IMG/VR virus record: IMGVR_UViG_3300025013_000002 | Coordinates: 1 to 64,000 of that record | Direction: 5' to 3' (one strand) | Length of the DNA: 64,000 nucleotides | Source: a virus | Shown here: piece by piece, positions 36,546-46,069 of the stretch | Layout of the letters: every line of letters starts with the position of its first letter | Numbering within the stretch: position 1 is the stretch's first letter | Translations under genes and position numbers: made by a program | Notes under the pieces: model-generated | Seen by the model: only the letters and a program-made list of their open reading frames with translations | Databases searched by the model: none | Told to the model about the DNA's origin: nothing

Positions 36546-36829
36546 GCGGCCATCTCCTCTTCGATCCCCACAGGACTCACCGACCACTCGCGATCATCAG
36601 AGCCGATTTCGTAATTCAGGTCAATCCACTTTTTGAATCTTGCTGCCAAGACTTCTCCAAAGTGGTGCATCAGAATCCGCTGTCCGGTCAGGATCACCGA
36701 ACTGTGGCTGAAGGATCGTCTGATTTCATCCAGCATCCCTGGGGCGTACATCTTTATCTCCCAGTGACAGTTTCCCGCAGCCAAAACTTCCTCGATCTCC
36801 ACAGCGAACTTTTTGATGTCGATAAGCAT
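36542..36829 (-). CDS. hypothetical protein
   Basis: AGGAGG RBS behind motif A. Confidence 0.6.
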   Translation of the reverse strand: MLIDIKKFAVEIEEVLAAGNCHWEIKMYAPGMLDEIRRSFSHSSVILTGQRILMHHFGEVLAARFKKWIDLNYEIGSDDREWSVSPVGIEEEMAA

Positions 36830-36865
36830 TTACTTCCTCCTAGATTCAGATGTGAATTCATTGAA

Positions 36866-37471
36866 TTAAAAATGTCGATATTCCCTAGCCAATTTTAAAA
36901 CTTTCCTCACGTATTTCGGATTCCTCTTGCCTCTGCTGAAAGCCCCAGTGCCTAAATTATAAACCTGAAGCCCGTTCCGGACCCCATACTTCGTCACGTA
37001 CTCCTTCAGGATTTCAGCAGAGCACCTGATGTTAACCTCGGGATCGTACTTTTCAGACTCCTTCGTAATTAAGGGGAACCGGTCGGCGTGGGCTTTGAAG
37101 TCCACCTGCCCAGAGCCCTTCGCACCGGTCCTACTTCTAGCGAAGGGGTAGCCCTCGGACTCAGCAGTGATGACCCCGACTAAAAGGCTCAGGTCCAGGC
37201 GTTGCTCTTTCGCCGCAGCAATGGTAGCTGCTGCCTGGTACTCAGCCAGCTCAGGCCAAAGCCGCTCGTTCTTCTCCATGTACCACAGCGTCAGCCGCTG
37301 GGTTGCTGCGTTGACTTCCTGCTTTTTACCTTCGACCAAAACTTGGGCTTTCTGATCCACCTTCTGGACTTCCAAGAGCGCCTTGGTTGCGACCGCAGTT
37401 GCCGCTGCTGTTAAAATCACCAGCACAACTCCGATCTGGGCCAGGTGAGCCACCCGGATTTTAAGCCTCAT
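36866..37471 (-). CDS. membrane-anchored lytic transglycosylase (SLT domain)
   Basis: N-terminal hydrophobic segment; VITAES (catalytic Glu), S.TGAKG.GQV, DPEVNI, YNLG. Confidence 0.85.
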   Translation of the reverse strand: MRLKIRVAHLAQIGVVLVILTAAATAVATKALLEVQKVDQKAQVLVEGKKQEVNAATQRLTLWYMEKNERLWPELAEYQAAATIAAAKEQRLDLSLLVGVITAESEGYPFARSRTGAKGSGQVDFKAHADRFPLITKESEKYDPEVNIRCSAEILKEYVTKYGVRNGLQVYNLGTGAFSRGKRNPKYVRKVLKLAREYRHF

Positions 37472-37616
37472 TTGCTGCTCCTTTTCTCAAAACGTACTCC
37501 TTGTCGATCAACTCTCTGAGGATCAGGGATTTGTTGGATTTCCCTGTTCCTAATCTGACGAGTTCCTCTAGTTTTTTAGTAGTGTCCTCGTCGAGTGCGA
37601 TGCAGTGCTTGACCAT
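37461..37616 (-). CDS. ribbon-helix-helix (CopG/Arc-like) regulator, 51 aa, not in ORF track
   Basis: Own translation: MVKHCIALDEDTTKKLEELVRLGTGKSNKSLILRELIDKEYVLRKGAANEA; upstream AAGGAGGT. Confidence 0.6.
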   Translation of the reverse strand: MVKHCIALDEDTTKKLEELVRLGTGKSNKSLILRELIDKEYVLRKGAANEA

Positions 37617-37839
37617 CACTTTTTAAATCACCTCCTTTTATTTGATATCCTGAGCGGTTCCTACAATTTTTACCCTCGATGTGTCGCCCCACCTAGCGAT
37701 GGCAGATCCGCTTTGCTGAAGGCTCAGTTTAATTTGGTATGCCTCCCAACGCATCCCCAACATAAAAATAATCCCCATCAACGCGGACGATACCACCAAC
37801 ACAAACAAAATTTTCATTTCAATCCACCTCCTTTATTTA

Positions 37840-37902
37840 AATTCAGATCTGAGTATATACCATCTCACCTACCAAGTCAAGATAAAAATTCACTTGTGAA
37901 TT
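37840..37902 (-). promoter_or_regulatory. sigma70-type promoter flanked by motif-A sites
   Basis: AATTCACAAGTGAATT-6 nt-TTGACT-17 nt-TATACT-CAGATCTGAATT. Confidence 0.7.
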
Positions 37903-38459
37903 CCAACCGGAATAGCAAGGGCCTCATTAAGAGGCCCTTCAGGAAGCTTGGATATTTAATTGTGGCCCTACTTCAAACAAATGCTACTCACTCCAGGGGA
38001 TCGTTAGGACAGGCGCCGTCTTCGTGATCGTCACACAAGGCAGCTTGCAGCGCGTCCCGGTGATCTTCCGTGAGCATTTCTGCTACGGCTTGGAGTTGGT
38101 TGAGGTGACGAGGGCAATTTTCGCAGTTAGGCAAGTGGGGCATTAAATCTCTCCTGTGTTCCATGGAATTTGTGGTTGAAAGACCACAACGTAAATTACT
38201 AAAAATAAATGAAAGGTCAATCGGTTTTGCTTTGTTTTTACCTATTCAGAAGCGTATTACTTTTCAGGTGAAAAGGCAAGGGAAAACTTGGGTTCGGAGC
38301 AACTTTTCTTAGCGCTAACTTAAAGATCTAATGATTACTTGGCCTTGCAACAAGACCAGATTAGTGATGTTGAATCTGGATTGTATAGTTGACTAATTTA
38401 CTAAACAACACTCAAATTAAAACCACATCTGAGCGATACAGTATACTCAAACCCACTAA

Positions 38460-39143
38460 TTAAACAGGACCAATCCTCACCAAGAGATTCTTGACGCCCT
38501 GCGAGGTCCAAACCTTTTTCTTCCTGGGAGTCTGGATTCCTGCTTCGGTCAATTGCTGAGCCAGCGCCGTTAAAGATGTGATGCCCTGACTCTGAAATTT
38601 GAGGATCTCGGGCTTCAACTTCTCGGCTCTGAGATCCGCCTTTGTTCGGTTTTTCAGGGAGCCTTGGATTCTGCCATCACTGAACTTCTCGGAATCTCTA
38701 TTCAAGTGGCAGGCCTTGCCCAACTGAACTCCCTTCGCCTTAGCCGCTTTCAGGCCGTTCTTGGTCCTCTCCCTGATCCTCTCCAGCTCGTACTCAGCTA
38801 CGCACCCGAGCACGTTCAGGACGAATCTGGAAGCGTTGGGGAAATCGCAGATGATGATCTCGACTCCGGAATCCAGGATCGCCCCGAGAAACGAGAGGCT
38901 TCTGGAGAGACGATCAAGTCTTGCTGTGATCAGCCTGCAGCCGGTCAACTCGCAGTAGTTCAGGGCCTCCTTCAAGACCGGTCTTGAAGGAGGCCCGCCG
39001 GATTCGACTTCTACAAATTCCTTGATGACTACGAGATTGTTCCTAGCAGCATATTCCGCCCGAATAGTCCTCTGCGCGTCAAGGCCATGCCTTTCCGACT
39101 GAGATTTAGTGCTCACCCTATCGTAGCTGACCACGCGCTCCAT
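38460..39143 (-). CDS. serine recombinase (resolvase catalytic domain + short C-terminal DNA-binding domain)
   Basis: YDRVST..Q, E.ESG...RPVL, ARLDRLSR, AEYE...IRERTK.GL; C-terminal SL..LA..L...GI.TPR...WT..GV; ATG 39143. Confidence 0.92.
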   Translation of the reverse strand: MERVVSYDRVSTKSQSERHGLDAQRTIRAEYAARNNLVVIKEFVEVESGGPPSRPVLKEALNYCELTGCRLITARLDRLSRSLSFLGAILDSGVEIIICDFPNASRFVLNVLGCVAEYELERIRERTKNGLKAAKAKGVQLGKACHLNRDSEKFSDGRIQGSLKNRTKADLRAEKLKPEILKFQSQGITSLTALAQQLTEAGIQTPRKKKVWTSQGVKNLLVRIGPV

Positions 39144-39144
39144 T

Positions 39145-39438
39145 TCAGACCTCCTTGAACTCGCCTTCCTTGGTTCTTGAAATGAATCCATTCTCCAGCA
39201 CAGTGAAGCGCACCTTGGCTCCACTTACAAATTTCAGTACGATGTCGCAGTCATATATCTCAGCATCTCCTAGCGAAAAAGCCGCAGCAAAGTCCCTTTC
39301 AATATCCTCCCGACCCCTTGGGGTATGATCGCTTTCCCAAGTAACCACCCACGCATCCTGCACCAATCCTCCGAAAATTTCATTGGCGGCTTCGAGCAGA
39401 TTCTTGTCCCTTCTGATCAAGTCAAACGACATTTTCAC
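39145..39438 (-). CDS. hypothetical protein
   Basis: Translationally coupled to the recombinase gene. Confidence 0.55.
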   Translation of the reverse strand: MKMSFDLIRRDKNLLEAANEIFGGLVQDAWVVTWESDHTPRGREDIERDFAAAFSLGDAEIYDCDIVLKFVSGAKVRFTVLENGFISRTKEGEFKEV

Positions 39439-39989
39439 TCCTCCCTGATAAATTTCTGCAGGAGCAACACGATCTGCCCCGCTTGCTCCTTGGTGATCTC
39501 GATGCTGGTTTCAGTGTCGCTATGCCAGTGGTCCGCGCTGTGCTCCGTGTACTCCAGCAAGAGGTGCATAGGGAATACCTCGTATTCATGCAAGACGAAC
39601 GCGCAGGTTGGTATTAATTCAAGCTTGGTTTCTCTCATTTTTAGGCCCTTCTCCCGTTGAAATAAAGAATCCTGTCTCGGCAACATGGGCACACGATGGT
39701 CGGTACGTAGTCCCTAGCAACCCAAGCGGCGATCTCTGTGTTGATATTTCCGTCTTCGTCCACAATATCTGGCTTCTCGATTCTGCTAAGATCCAGGACC
39801 ACTCCGCAATTCTCGCACGAAATTAGGTTCATGATTTGGTTTCCTTGTTCTGGACCGCGCTGACCGTTGGGTACTTCCCATACTCGGCACGCCAATCCTT
39901 AGCAGCTTTATTGATCGCGGCTTCTCTGCCGGATGCCTTCACTTCGTACATCGTTCGGTTGACCTGCTCGAAAAACACCTCATAAGTTT

Positions 39990-40385
39990 TCACTTCTCCT
40001 CCCTCCGTTTCTCCCACCACTCATCAAAGGCTTCGCTCATACTACCTGCAGGGTTGTTGCAGCACCAGCGGAAGAACTCGCAGGCGACTTGTTTGTGGGT
40101 CAATTTGTCAGCGGAGGCAAGTTGATCGGGGTTGGTTATGGCTTCGCGGATATCTTCTTCAATAAGTGTGGCCGTTCTGTCACATGCGTCATCGTAGTGG
40201 CTCTCGCACCGCGCAATCTTGTACCCCGCTGCGATCCGTGCAGCACACTCCATCCCTATTGCCTCTCCGAGGGCAAGGGCCTTGTCCCACGCAGCCCTAG
40301 CTACTTCTTTATGGCTGATTCGCTCGCTGACTGCGAAATCATACTGGTAATTAAAAGCTGCGTACCACTTCTCAAAGTCGTCCAT
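39990..40385 (-). CDS. hypothetical protein
   Basis: GGAGGGAG RBS, 131 aa. Confidence 0.6.
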   Translation of the reverse strand: MDDFEKWYAAFNYQYDFAVSERISHKEVARAAWDKALALGEAIGMECAARIAAGYKIARCESHYDDACDRTATLIEEDIREAITNPDQLASADKLTHKQVACEFFRWCCNNPAGSMSEAFDEWWEKRREEK

Positions 40386-40556
40386 TTTATTTCTCCCTCC
40401 CGCAGTTCAAGCATTCGTATTCAGGTTCCCTCACTCCAGACCCTTCACCGATCACAGCAAACGAGATCAAGGAAGCGGCTACTTGGGTGAAGAACCCGGT
40501 TTTCGGTAATTTTCTGTGGATTGTAGCAGTCTTGCATACGGGGCAGAATTGGGTGG

Positions 40557-41117
40557 TCATTTGGTAGCCCCTCTGAGTTCTTTGCAGTCGTGGCAATTCA
40601 TATCTTGCCTACCGCAGCCTGCTGCTCCACAATCTGGAAACCGAATCATCTCGCGAAGCCTGTTCGTCTCACTGTTGAGCCGGTCCCGTTCAACCTCCAG
40701 CTTCCTGTACTCCTCCGCGTTCGCAGCCAAAGCCCGATCTTTTTGCTCCAGGTGAATCTTGAATCTCACAGCTTCGGCTTTGAGTTCATCTCGCTCGGCC
40801 TCCATAGCGTAGTAGGCGTTCGACCAGTATTTGCGGGTTGCCTCTTCGTCGCGCTCCAGCTCCTTAATCCGCTCCTGCAGTTCACCCCTCTCCTTAACCA
40901 GCCCCTCTACAACTTCAACTAGCCGGTCAACCTGGCACCCTGCTATTTTCTGGATCAGGGCGATGGTAGACTGAGCGGCGGCGAGGTCGGCACGGAGGGT
41001 TGTGAGTTCACTGGTTGACTCGCCAGGGAACTTTGCGTTACATCCCGTACACCAATCTTCGTCAGCGTTAAACATGACAACGCTTGTGCTCCCACACTCA
41101 GGACAATTTCGTCTCAT
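40557..41117 (-). CDS. Zn-ribbon + coiled-coil protein
   Basis: ATG 41117: CPECG...CTGC then long heptad region. Confidence 0.6.
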   Translation of the reverse strand: MRRNCPECGSTSVVMFNADEDWCTGCNAKFPGESTSELTTLRADLAAAQSTIALIQKIAGCQVDRLVEVVEGLVKERGELQERIKELERDEEATRKYWSNAYYAMEAERDELKAEAVRFKIHLEQKDRALAANAEEYRKLEVERDRLNSETNRLREMIRFPDCGAAGCGRQDMNCHDCKELRGATK

Positions 41118-41414
41118 TCTCCACCTCCTGCCGCTCTTGCTTTGAGCGCGTAACGCTTGAACCACTGCCATTGAAGGCACAGCCACCCGCCATGTTGCAT
41201 GTACCGGAAGGGTTGCCAGTTGCCTATCGCAAAGTAAACCCAGCCACCTTGCTTTGTGTGAAAAAAGACCTTCACTCCCCCACCTCCGATGCCGCAGCCC
41301 TTGGCTCCCACCGGCAGGTTGTCTCGCAGCCTCTACACTCCTCAGATTCGCCTTCATCGTGGGCGCAATCATCGCACCCATGCTCATCACAGTTTTTCTT
41401 GTAGCACTCTGTCA

Positions 41415-42002
41415 TTACAGCACCTCCGATGCCACAGCGAGGGCGGCTTTTGTCTCGACAAGGGCGCATGAGCATTCGCGGCCCACAAATTCCCCGGTAT
41501 AGCAGGCACAGGATTTCAGATGCCATGCGTAGAACTCCATAGCCTCTAGTGCTCTCTCCCTCAACCCCTTCTCGCGCTGCTCGGATTCTTTAAGAAGATC
41601 CTGTAATTCACCGCACCTTATATCAGTTTCCTGCCAGTGGGCGTAGGCTTCCTTCTCGCGCTGCTCGGCGGATTCAGCGCGGGCTAAGAGTTTCTCCACA
41701 ATCTCCCTCATGTTGGTAACACGATACATTTCACAGCAATGTGCTCGTTGACGCTTCACCTCCTCCCTTGCTTGGGATAGGGCGGATTCGGCTTTCAATC
41801 TCTCCTCGCGTTCATCCTGCCACGCTGTAAACGGAAAGGTCTCTTTCTCCTTGAACAATCTCAGGTCTGCTTTCTCTCTCCCCCGCTCCTCACAGAGTTG
41901 GGTGAGGCGAGTATGTTCTTTTAAGAGTGTCTGCATCATCTTTACCGTGGGTTTGTAATCTTGGGTCATCGCAGCCCTGATATCTTCTATTGATAAATCC
42001 AT
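41415..42002 (-). CDS. coiled-coil hypothetical protein
   Basis: GGAGG RBS; repeated ESEQREK/ESAEQREK. Confidence 0.6.
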   Translation of the reverse strand: MDLSIEDIRAAMTQDYKPTVKMMQTLLKEHTRLTQLCEERGREKADLRLFKEKETFPFTAWQDEREERLKAESALSQAREEVKRQRAHCCEMYRVTNMREIVEKLLARAESAEQREKEAYAHWQETDIRCGELQDLLKESEQREKGLRERALEAMEFYAWHLKSCACYTGEFVGRECSCALVETKAALAVASEVL

Positions 42003-42032
42003 CTTCCATCCTCCCTGCGACATTTTAAGTCG

Positions 42033-42719
42033 CTACTTGTTCCAATCCGATAAAACCCCGTGAACAAATCCTTTAAAATAGTCGCCTGAAATCCCACTTC
42101 CAGGTGCCGACATTTCCCTGAGCTTGGACAAAAGTTCCTCGGTGGTCAGGCCAGAGAGTTCAGCAGGAGGAACCTCTTCATCTAAGCCAGCATCACTTTT
42201 GGGCTCCTCAGCCTCAACCACCAAATCCTCCTTCACCGAAACTCCGATGGCTCCCATCTCGCGCATTTTGGTTTCGATGATAGCTAAAAAATCCAGAATA
42301 TCCGACTCCACGACAAACCTCGGATAGAGCGCCTGGAAGACTTTCCAATGAGCAGAACGAGCGCCTCCTCTTTCTTTAAACGGGTCTTTTCCTTTCTTGT
42401 AGGCCACGAGTACACCTTCTCGATAAATGTCCTCTGTAGACCCCTTGAGGGCTTCAGAATCACCTAATGAGAAGATGTAATGGTTGCCTAGAGGATCTCT
42501 GACTTTAGCCAGGATCAATTCCTGGATTGGCTTCGCTTCCATGTCGTACTCCTTCGGGTGCCCAATGTGGTAGCTCCCGCAGATTTCACATTTGTAGGGC
42601 TCAATTCGTTCTCCTGATTTCTCGGAGGATTGCTCCGCTTTCTTCTGAGCAGTCGAGAGCAGTGCGTACTTAATTTTGGGCTTGCACATTCTTAAAGCCC
42701 TTTGTTGGAGTTCGGTCAT
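42033..42719 (-). CDS. hypothetical protein with N-terminal Y.C..C...H.GH zinc finger
   Basis: CKPKIKY...PYKCEICGSYHIGH. Confidence 0.65.
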   Translation of the reverse strand: MTELQQRALRMCKPKIKYALLSTAQKKAEQSSEKSGERIEPYKCEICGSYHIGHPKEYDMEAKPIQELILAKVRDPLGNHYIFSLGDSEALKGSTEDIYREGVLVAYKKGKDPFKERGGARSAHWKVFQALYPRFVVESDILDFLAIIETKMREMGAIGVSVKEDLVVEAEEPKSDAGLDEEVPPAELSGLTTEELLSKLREMSAPGSGISGDYFKGFVHGVLSDWNK

Positions 42720-42908
42720 TTTAGGACTCCTCGTAGGCTGTGCAGGAGAATTATCAGCATGAACATCAGGATTCCGAAGGGGATTCCTAAGAGCCCGTAG
42801 ACACGGTACCCGGAATCAAAGCGAGGAGGCGCCCAATCCTTCTTCGGCTCCTCTTCGAGGCTGCGGTAAATGGCATTAGCTTTTTCGGTCAGTTTAGGGT
42901 TGTTCATT

Positions 42909-43208
42909 TTAATTCTCCTTTGGTTCTAAGCCTCGCTCAACCAAGTGAGCGTAGAATGCTAGGTAATCGTCCACTACGTTCGACCTTCCGATCTTCACAA
43001 CCCCGTGATTCTTATGCACTAATATCGCTCCTCCACATGATGCCTTACGCAGGAAGCCTTGCTCGGCAGCGAGTGTTTCAAGTTCCTGAGGATAAACCCC
43101 TGACCTAAAGAACGGATGGGAGCAATTAGGACAGCGCCTAAATGACAGCCTTTCCTGCGGGAGACCTTCCCAGCCACATAAGTAGCAGGTTATTTTAGCT
43201 TCGAACAT
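42909..43208 (-). CDS. Zn-ribbon hypothetical protein
   Basis: CYLCGW...CPNC. Confidence 0.6.
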   Translation of the reverse strand: MFEAKITCYLCGWEGLPQERLSFRRCPNCSHPFFRSGVYPQELETLAAEQGFLRKASCGGAILVHKNHGVVKIGRSNVVDDYLAFYAHLVERGLEPKEN

Positions 43209-43220
43209 TTCTTCCTCCTA

Positions 43221-43499
43221 TCAATATTCGCTCGGCCTGAGCACGGTCGTAGAACTCCTGTCCCCTTCCGTCACAATCCACACGACCCCAAACTCCTCCG
43301 ACTTGTAGACCGAGAAGATCCGGTCTCCTCTCCAAAGAGCTGCCTCGTTCATCTCCTTGTCCTCGGCGCAGGTGTCGCCCCAATCTCCGTCGAGGTGCCT
43401 GTGGATGCAAGACTGGACGAAGATTTCAAACTTCGGATTTTCAGTAGATTCCTCAAAGATGCTCCTGGTTTGGACTAGCTGACCCGCTTTGAATTTCAT
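43221..43499 (-). CDS. conserved phage/plasmid hypothetical protein
   Basis: RH..GDWG..C.ED...NE.AL..G.RI.S.Y...WIVTE.DRS.TTVL.P.EY family pattern. Confidence 0.75.
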   Translation of the reverse strand: MKFKAGQLVQTRSIFEESTENPKFEIFVQSCIHRHLDGDWGDTCAEDKEMNEAALWRGDRIFSVYKSEEFGVVWIVTEGDRSSTTVLRPSEY

Positions 43500-43527
43500 T
43501 TTGAACCCCCATTTCCTAGATTAACGT

Positions 43528-43560
43528 GGATTTTAATTCACTTCTGAATTTTTGTCAAGC
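43528..43560 (-). promoter_or_regulatory. sigma70-type promoter with motif A in the -35/-10 spacer
   Basis: TTGACA-AAAATTCAGAAGTGAAT-TAAAAT. Confidence 0.75.
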
Positions 43561-43809
43561 TAAAAATCCCAGTTCCTACCCTTGTCCTCGTCCAGGACGA
43601 AGAGGATTTCAAGCTCTGCCCCACACTCCGGGCAGTCCTGATCCGCCGAAATGAAGGAGCAATCCGAAGCAAGCTCCAGGTTTATATTAACGTAGTACCA
43701 ATCAATCGCGTGACCGCAGTTAGAGCATTTCATACAACCTCCTGTTTTACTTAGGTTTTAAGTGGGATTTCACATTTCACTAAATTAAAGAATTATAATA
43801 AAAAAAGAC

Positions 43810-43940
43810 TTGACAAACTCTTAGAAATCATGGTATCCTAAAACCGGCGCTAGCCGATGAAGTATAGATTAATACCCCAATTAACTAGGTAGGGTTTTAG
43901 GTACCATTTTGGCTGATAATAGTTGACTAGAAAGGTAGGG
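43810..43940 (+). promoter_or_regulatory. antisense promoter/sRNA element 1
   Basis: TTGACA-18-TATCCT with extended -10 TG; downstream TTAATACCCC...CTAGGTAGGGTTT shared with element 2. Confidence 0.55.
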
Positions 43941-43941
43941 A

Positions 43942-44247
43942 TTAAATCTCAAATTCCTTTCTCGCTGCAGCACCCATCTTGTCCGGATAAACACCCTCCT
44001 CGTCCGATATGACCTCCCAGCCATACTCGAACGATGTTAGGTTTTCGTAATCCTCCCTTGGAGTCTCGGAATTGCCCTCCCAGTCTTCGGTGCCTTCACC
44101 CATTCTGAGACGCCCGATGCAGTCGCTTAGGGTATCTTTGTCAAACTCGAATCCGCTGTGGAAGTAGATGCATTCGCCTGCCTCATTGAAAACTGCCAGA
44201 TGGAGCCCACCGCCATTGTCCTCGATTGCCTGGAACGTCGTTTTCAT
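43942..44247 (-). CDS. acidic hypothetical protein
   Basis: AAGGAGG RBS, 101 aa. Confidence 0.7.
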   Translation of the reverse strand: MKTTFQAIEDNGGGLHLAVFNEAGECIYFHSGFEFDKDTLSDCIGRLRMGEGTEDWEGNSETPREDYENLTSFEYGWEVISDEEGVYPDKMGAAARKEFEI

Positions 44248-44265
44248 TTCTTGCCTCCTTTAGTT

Positions 44266-44604
44266 TTAATCCCTCGCTACCGAGTAGCAAACCGATTCCC
44301 AGTTGAAGGTTAATTCGAGTTCCATCGCTCCACTTTCCCAGGTCCAGAACTTGAGCTGGAATCCTCCGACGCCCAGCCGATTGTATGGCAGATGACCCGG
44401 CTCGGCAAGGAGTTCTTTCAGCCTGGAGAACATCGAGCAGCAAGAGGACCTCATCGAGCTGATAGTAGGAACCATGTGCCCCGGACCCTCGTTCGCCCAA
44501 GTCCAACCATTAATCAGCATCAGGGCTCGCACCTTCTCGAAGTCGAATTTCTCCATGATTTCTTGGAAGGTTTCTTCAATATTCTGGAGTTGCGCTGCGT
44601 TCAT
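44266..44604 (-). CDS. hypothetical protein
   Basis: IME.FDFEKV..LM....WTW pattern; GAGGAGG RBS. Confidence 0.7.
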   Translation of the reverse strand: MNAAQLQNIEETFQEIMEKFDFEKVRALMLINGWTWANEGPGHMVPTISSMRSSCCSMFSRLKELLAEPGHLPYNRLGVGGFQLKFWTWESGAMELELTFNWESVCYSVARD

Positions 44605-44605
44605 G

Positions 44606-44920
44606 CTAGGCCTCCTCAGCTTTTTTGACTGCCTGCTCTGCGATTACCAGCAGGTCCTCGATGGTGTTGGTGCTCATCGGGCCGAAGTGCTTAATACCCG
44701 AAAGCCGGTCGTGAATGTCCTTCAGGGCATCCAAGAGAGCAGGGGCCTGGGAGATCAGCCTGCAATTTGCCTCGTCGATTTCTACTCTCTCCTCTAAGGT
44801 CAGCGTGCATTCCTCGTCCTCAGGGTCCAACTCGATCTGCGCCCCGAGTATTTTGTAGTAGCCGTCTAGGTAGCCAGTCACGTTCCAAGGCCCCTTCGTG
44901 TGCTTCGATTCGATTTTCAT
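44606..44920 (-). CDS. HT.GPW / AN..LI..AP.LL.AL family protein
   Basis: HTKGPWNV...EANCRLISQAPALLDAL. Confidence 0.75.
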   Translation of the reverse strand: MKIESKHTKGPWNVTGYLDGYYKILGAQIELDPEDEECTLTLEERVEIDEANCRLISQAPALLDALKDIHDRLSGIKHFGPMSTNTIEDLLVIAEQAVKKAEEA

Positions 44921-44963
44921 TTCCTACCCCCAATTATTAGAGAAAAATAATTTAATTTACCAC

Positions 44964-45095
44964 TTGACAAATCCCAAAAGTATGGTACACTTAAAATCGC
45001 CGCGAGGCAAAAAGGATTATAGTTAATACCCCTACTATCTAGGTAGGGTTTAGCGAGGATTTGGTTCCTACTAAACCCTACCTTTTTAGTGGGAC
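44964..45095 (+). promoter_or_regulatory. antisense promoter/sRNA element 2
   Basis: TTGACA-16-TACACT with extended -10 TG; shared downstream sequence; hairpin AGGTAGGGTTTAG...CTAAACCCTACCT followed by TTTT (terminator-like). Confidence 0.6.
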
Positions 45096-45108
45096 AATTA
45101 TTCCTGGG

Positions 45109-45309
45109 TTAGCCCACCACGTTGAGCCCAATGAAATCCGGCTTAGCCAGCCTCTTTAATTCGTCATACACTTCCTCCGATCCGAACTCATGGGTGAAAA
45201 CAGGCCGACCGAAAAGCTCCTCGGCATAAGCGTGCATGTCTGCGAAGTCTCCGAGCATGAATCCTGTGTAGGCTGAAACGATTGCTGCTTCCCTTTTGGT
45301 CATCTTCAA
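45109..45309 (-). CDS. conserved small phage protein
   Basis: TKREAAIVSAYTG.MLGDF..MH.Y.E..FGRPVFTHE pattern. Confidence 0.7.
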   Translation of the reverse strand: MKMTKREAAIVSAYTGFMLGDFADMHAYAEELFGRPVFTHEFGSEEVYDELKRLAKPDFIGLNVVG

Positions 45310-45402
45310 ATCTCCTTTTCCACATCCTCTGTGGATAACTCCTGTTAAATTTGTTAGTAAAGTTAGGCGCCCTGTGGTAGGGCGCGGTGAATAGCGGATT
45401 GC

Positions 45403-45771
45403 TTAGGATTTGTGCTTGAGCTTGTCGAGGACCGCCTGAGCCTTATAAACGTGGCAAGTGCAGTAGCGCTCCGGATTAGCGGTACGTTCTCCTCTACACT
45501 TGCAGGCAGGGTGATGAATGGAGGCAGCGGAATGCTCAAGCGCAGCCACCATTTCCTCGTGGTAGTTCAGGGCCAGCGCGATCAACTTGGCTCTCGCTTC
45601 GTCTTGCTCCTCAAGACCGTAGGCCAGCTTGTGCACCGTGGTGTTAGTAGTGGCAACCCAGTCAATCCCGGCTTCCGCAGTCTTGCCAAGCACGGAGTAA
45701 ACGGTGGTCTTATGCGCTGCTACCGGAAACTTGATGTTGGCTTGCTCGATTAATTCGGCGTAGGACTTCAT
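45403..45771 (-). CDS. hypothetical protein (divergent AN..LI family member)
   Basis: EARAKLIALALNYHEEMVAALE; AAGGAGG RBS. Confidence 0.65.
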   Translation of the reverse strand: MKSYAELIEQANIKFPVAAHKTTVYSVLGKTAEAGIDWVATTNTTVHKLAYGLEEQDEARAKLIALALNYHEEMVAALEHSAASIHHPACKCRGERTANPERYCTCHVYKAQAVLDKLKHKS

Positions 45772-45772
45772 G

Positions 45773-46069
45773 TTATGCCTCCTTTTTGTTCAGATTCAAA
45801 ACTCCCAGTGTCCGGTCGTAGGTTTTCTGTAGTCCCTCGCCTAGAGGGTGATTCAGCAGGTGGTGGGCGTATTCGTTCAGGAGGCCCAGCAACTCCTCCC
45901 TCTCGTTCACGGCATCGCAGATCGTCTTAGCGATCTCCCTCGTTTCCTCATTCGTCTTGCCCTGGACCTCCGCGATGACTTCCATGTTATCAGTCAGGAT
46001 CTGCGTGGAGTCTACGAGGGTCTCGGCTATCATGACGAAATGAAGCGGCATTGAAATGTGAGATTTCAT
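45773..46069 (-). CDS. hypothetical protein (divergent AN..LI family member)
   Basis: EIAKTICDAVNEREELLGLL; ATG 46069 lies inside a motif-B copy. Confidence 0.6.
   Translation of the reverse strand: MKSHISMPLHFVMIAETLVDSTQILTDNMEVIAEVQGKTNEETREIAKTICDAVNEREELLGLLNEYAHHLLNHPLGEGLQKTYDRTLGVLNLNKKEA

Noticed and set aside
36866-37471. Complete lysis cassette
   Set aside because: The SLT gene has no clearly recognisable holin/spanin set beside it and sits among early/middle genes.
38460-39143. IS607/Tn3-type transposon around the serine recombinase
   Set aside because: No TnpB or transposase, no terminal repeats, and the gene is translationally coupled within a phage operon.
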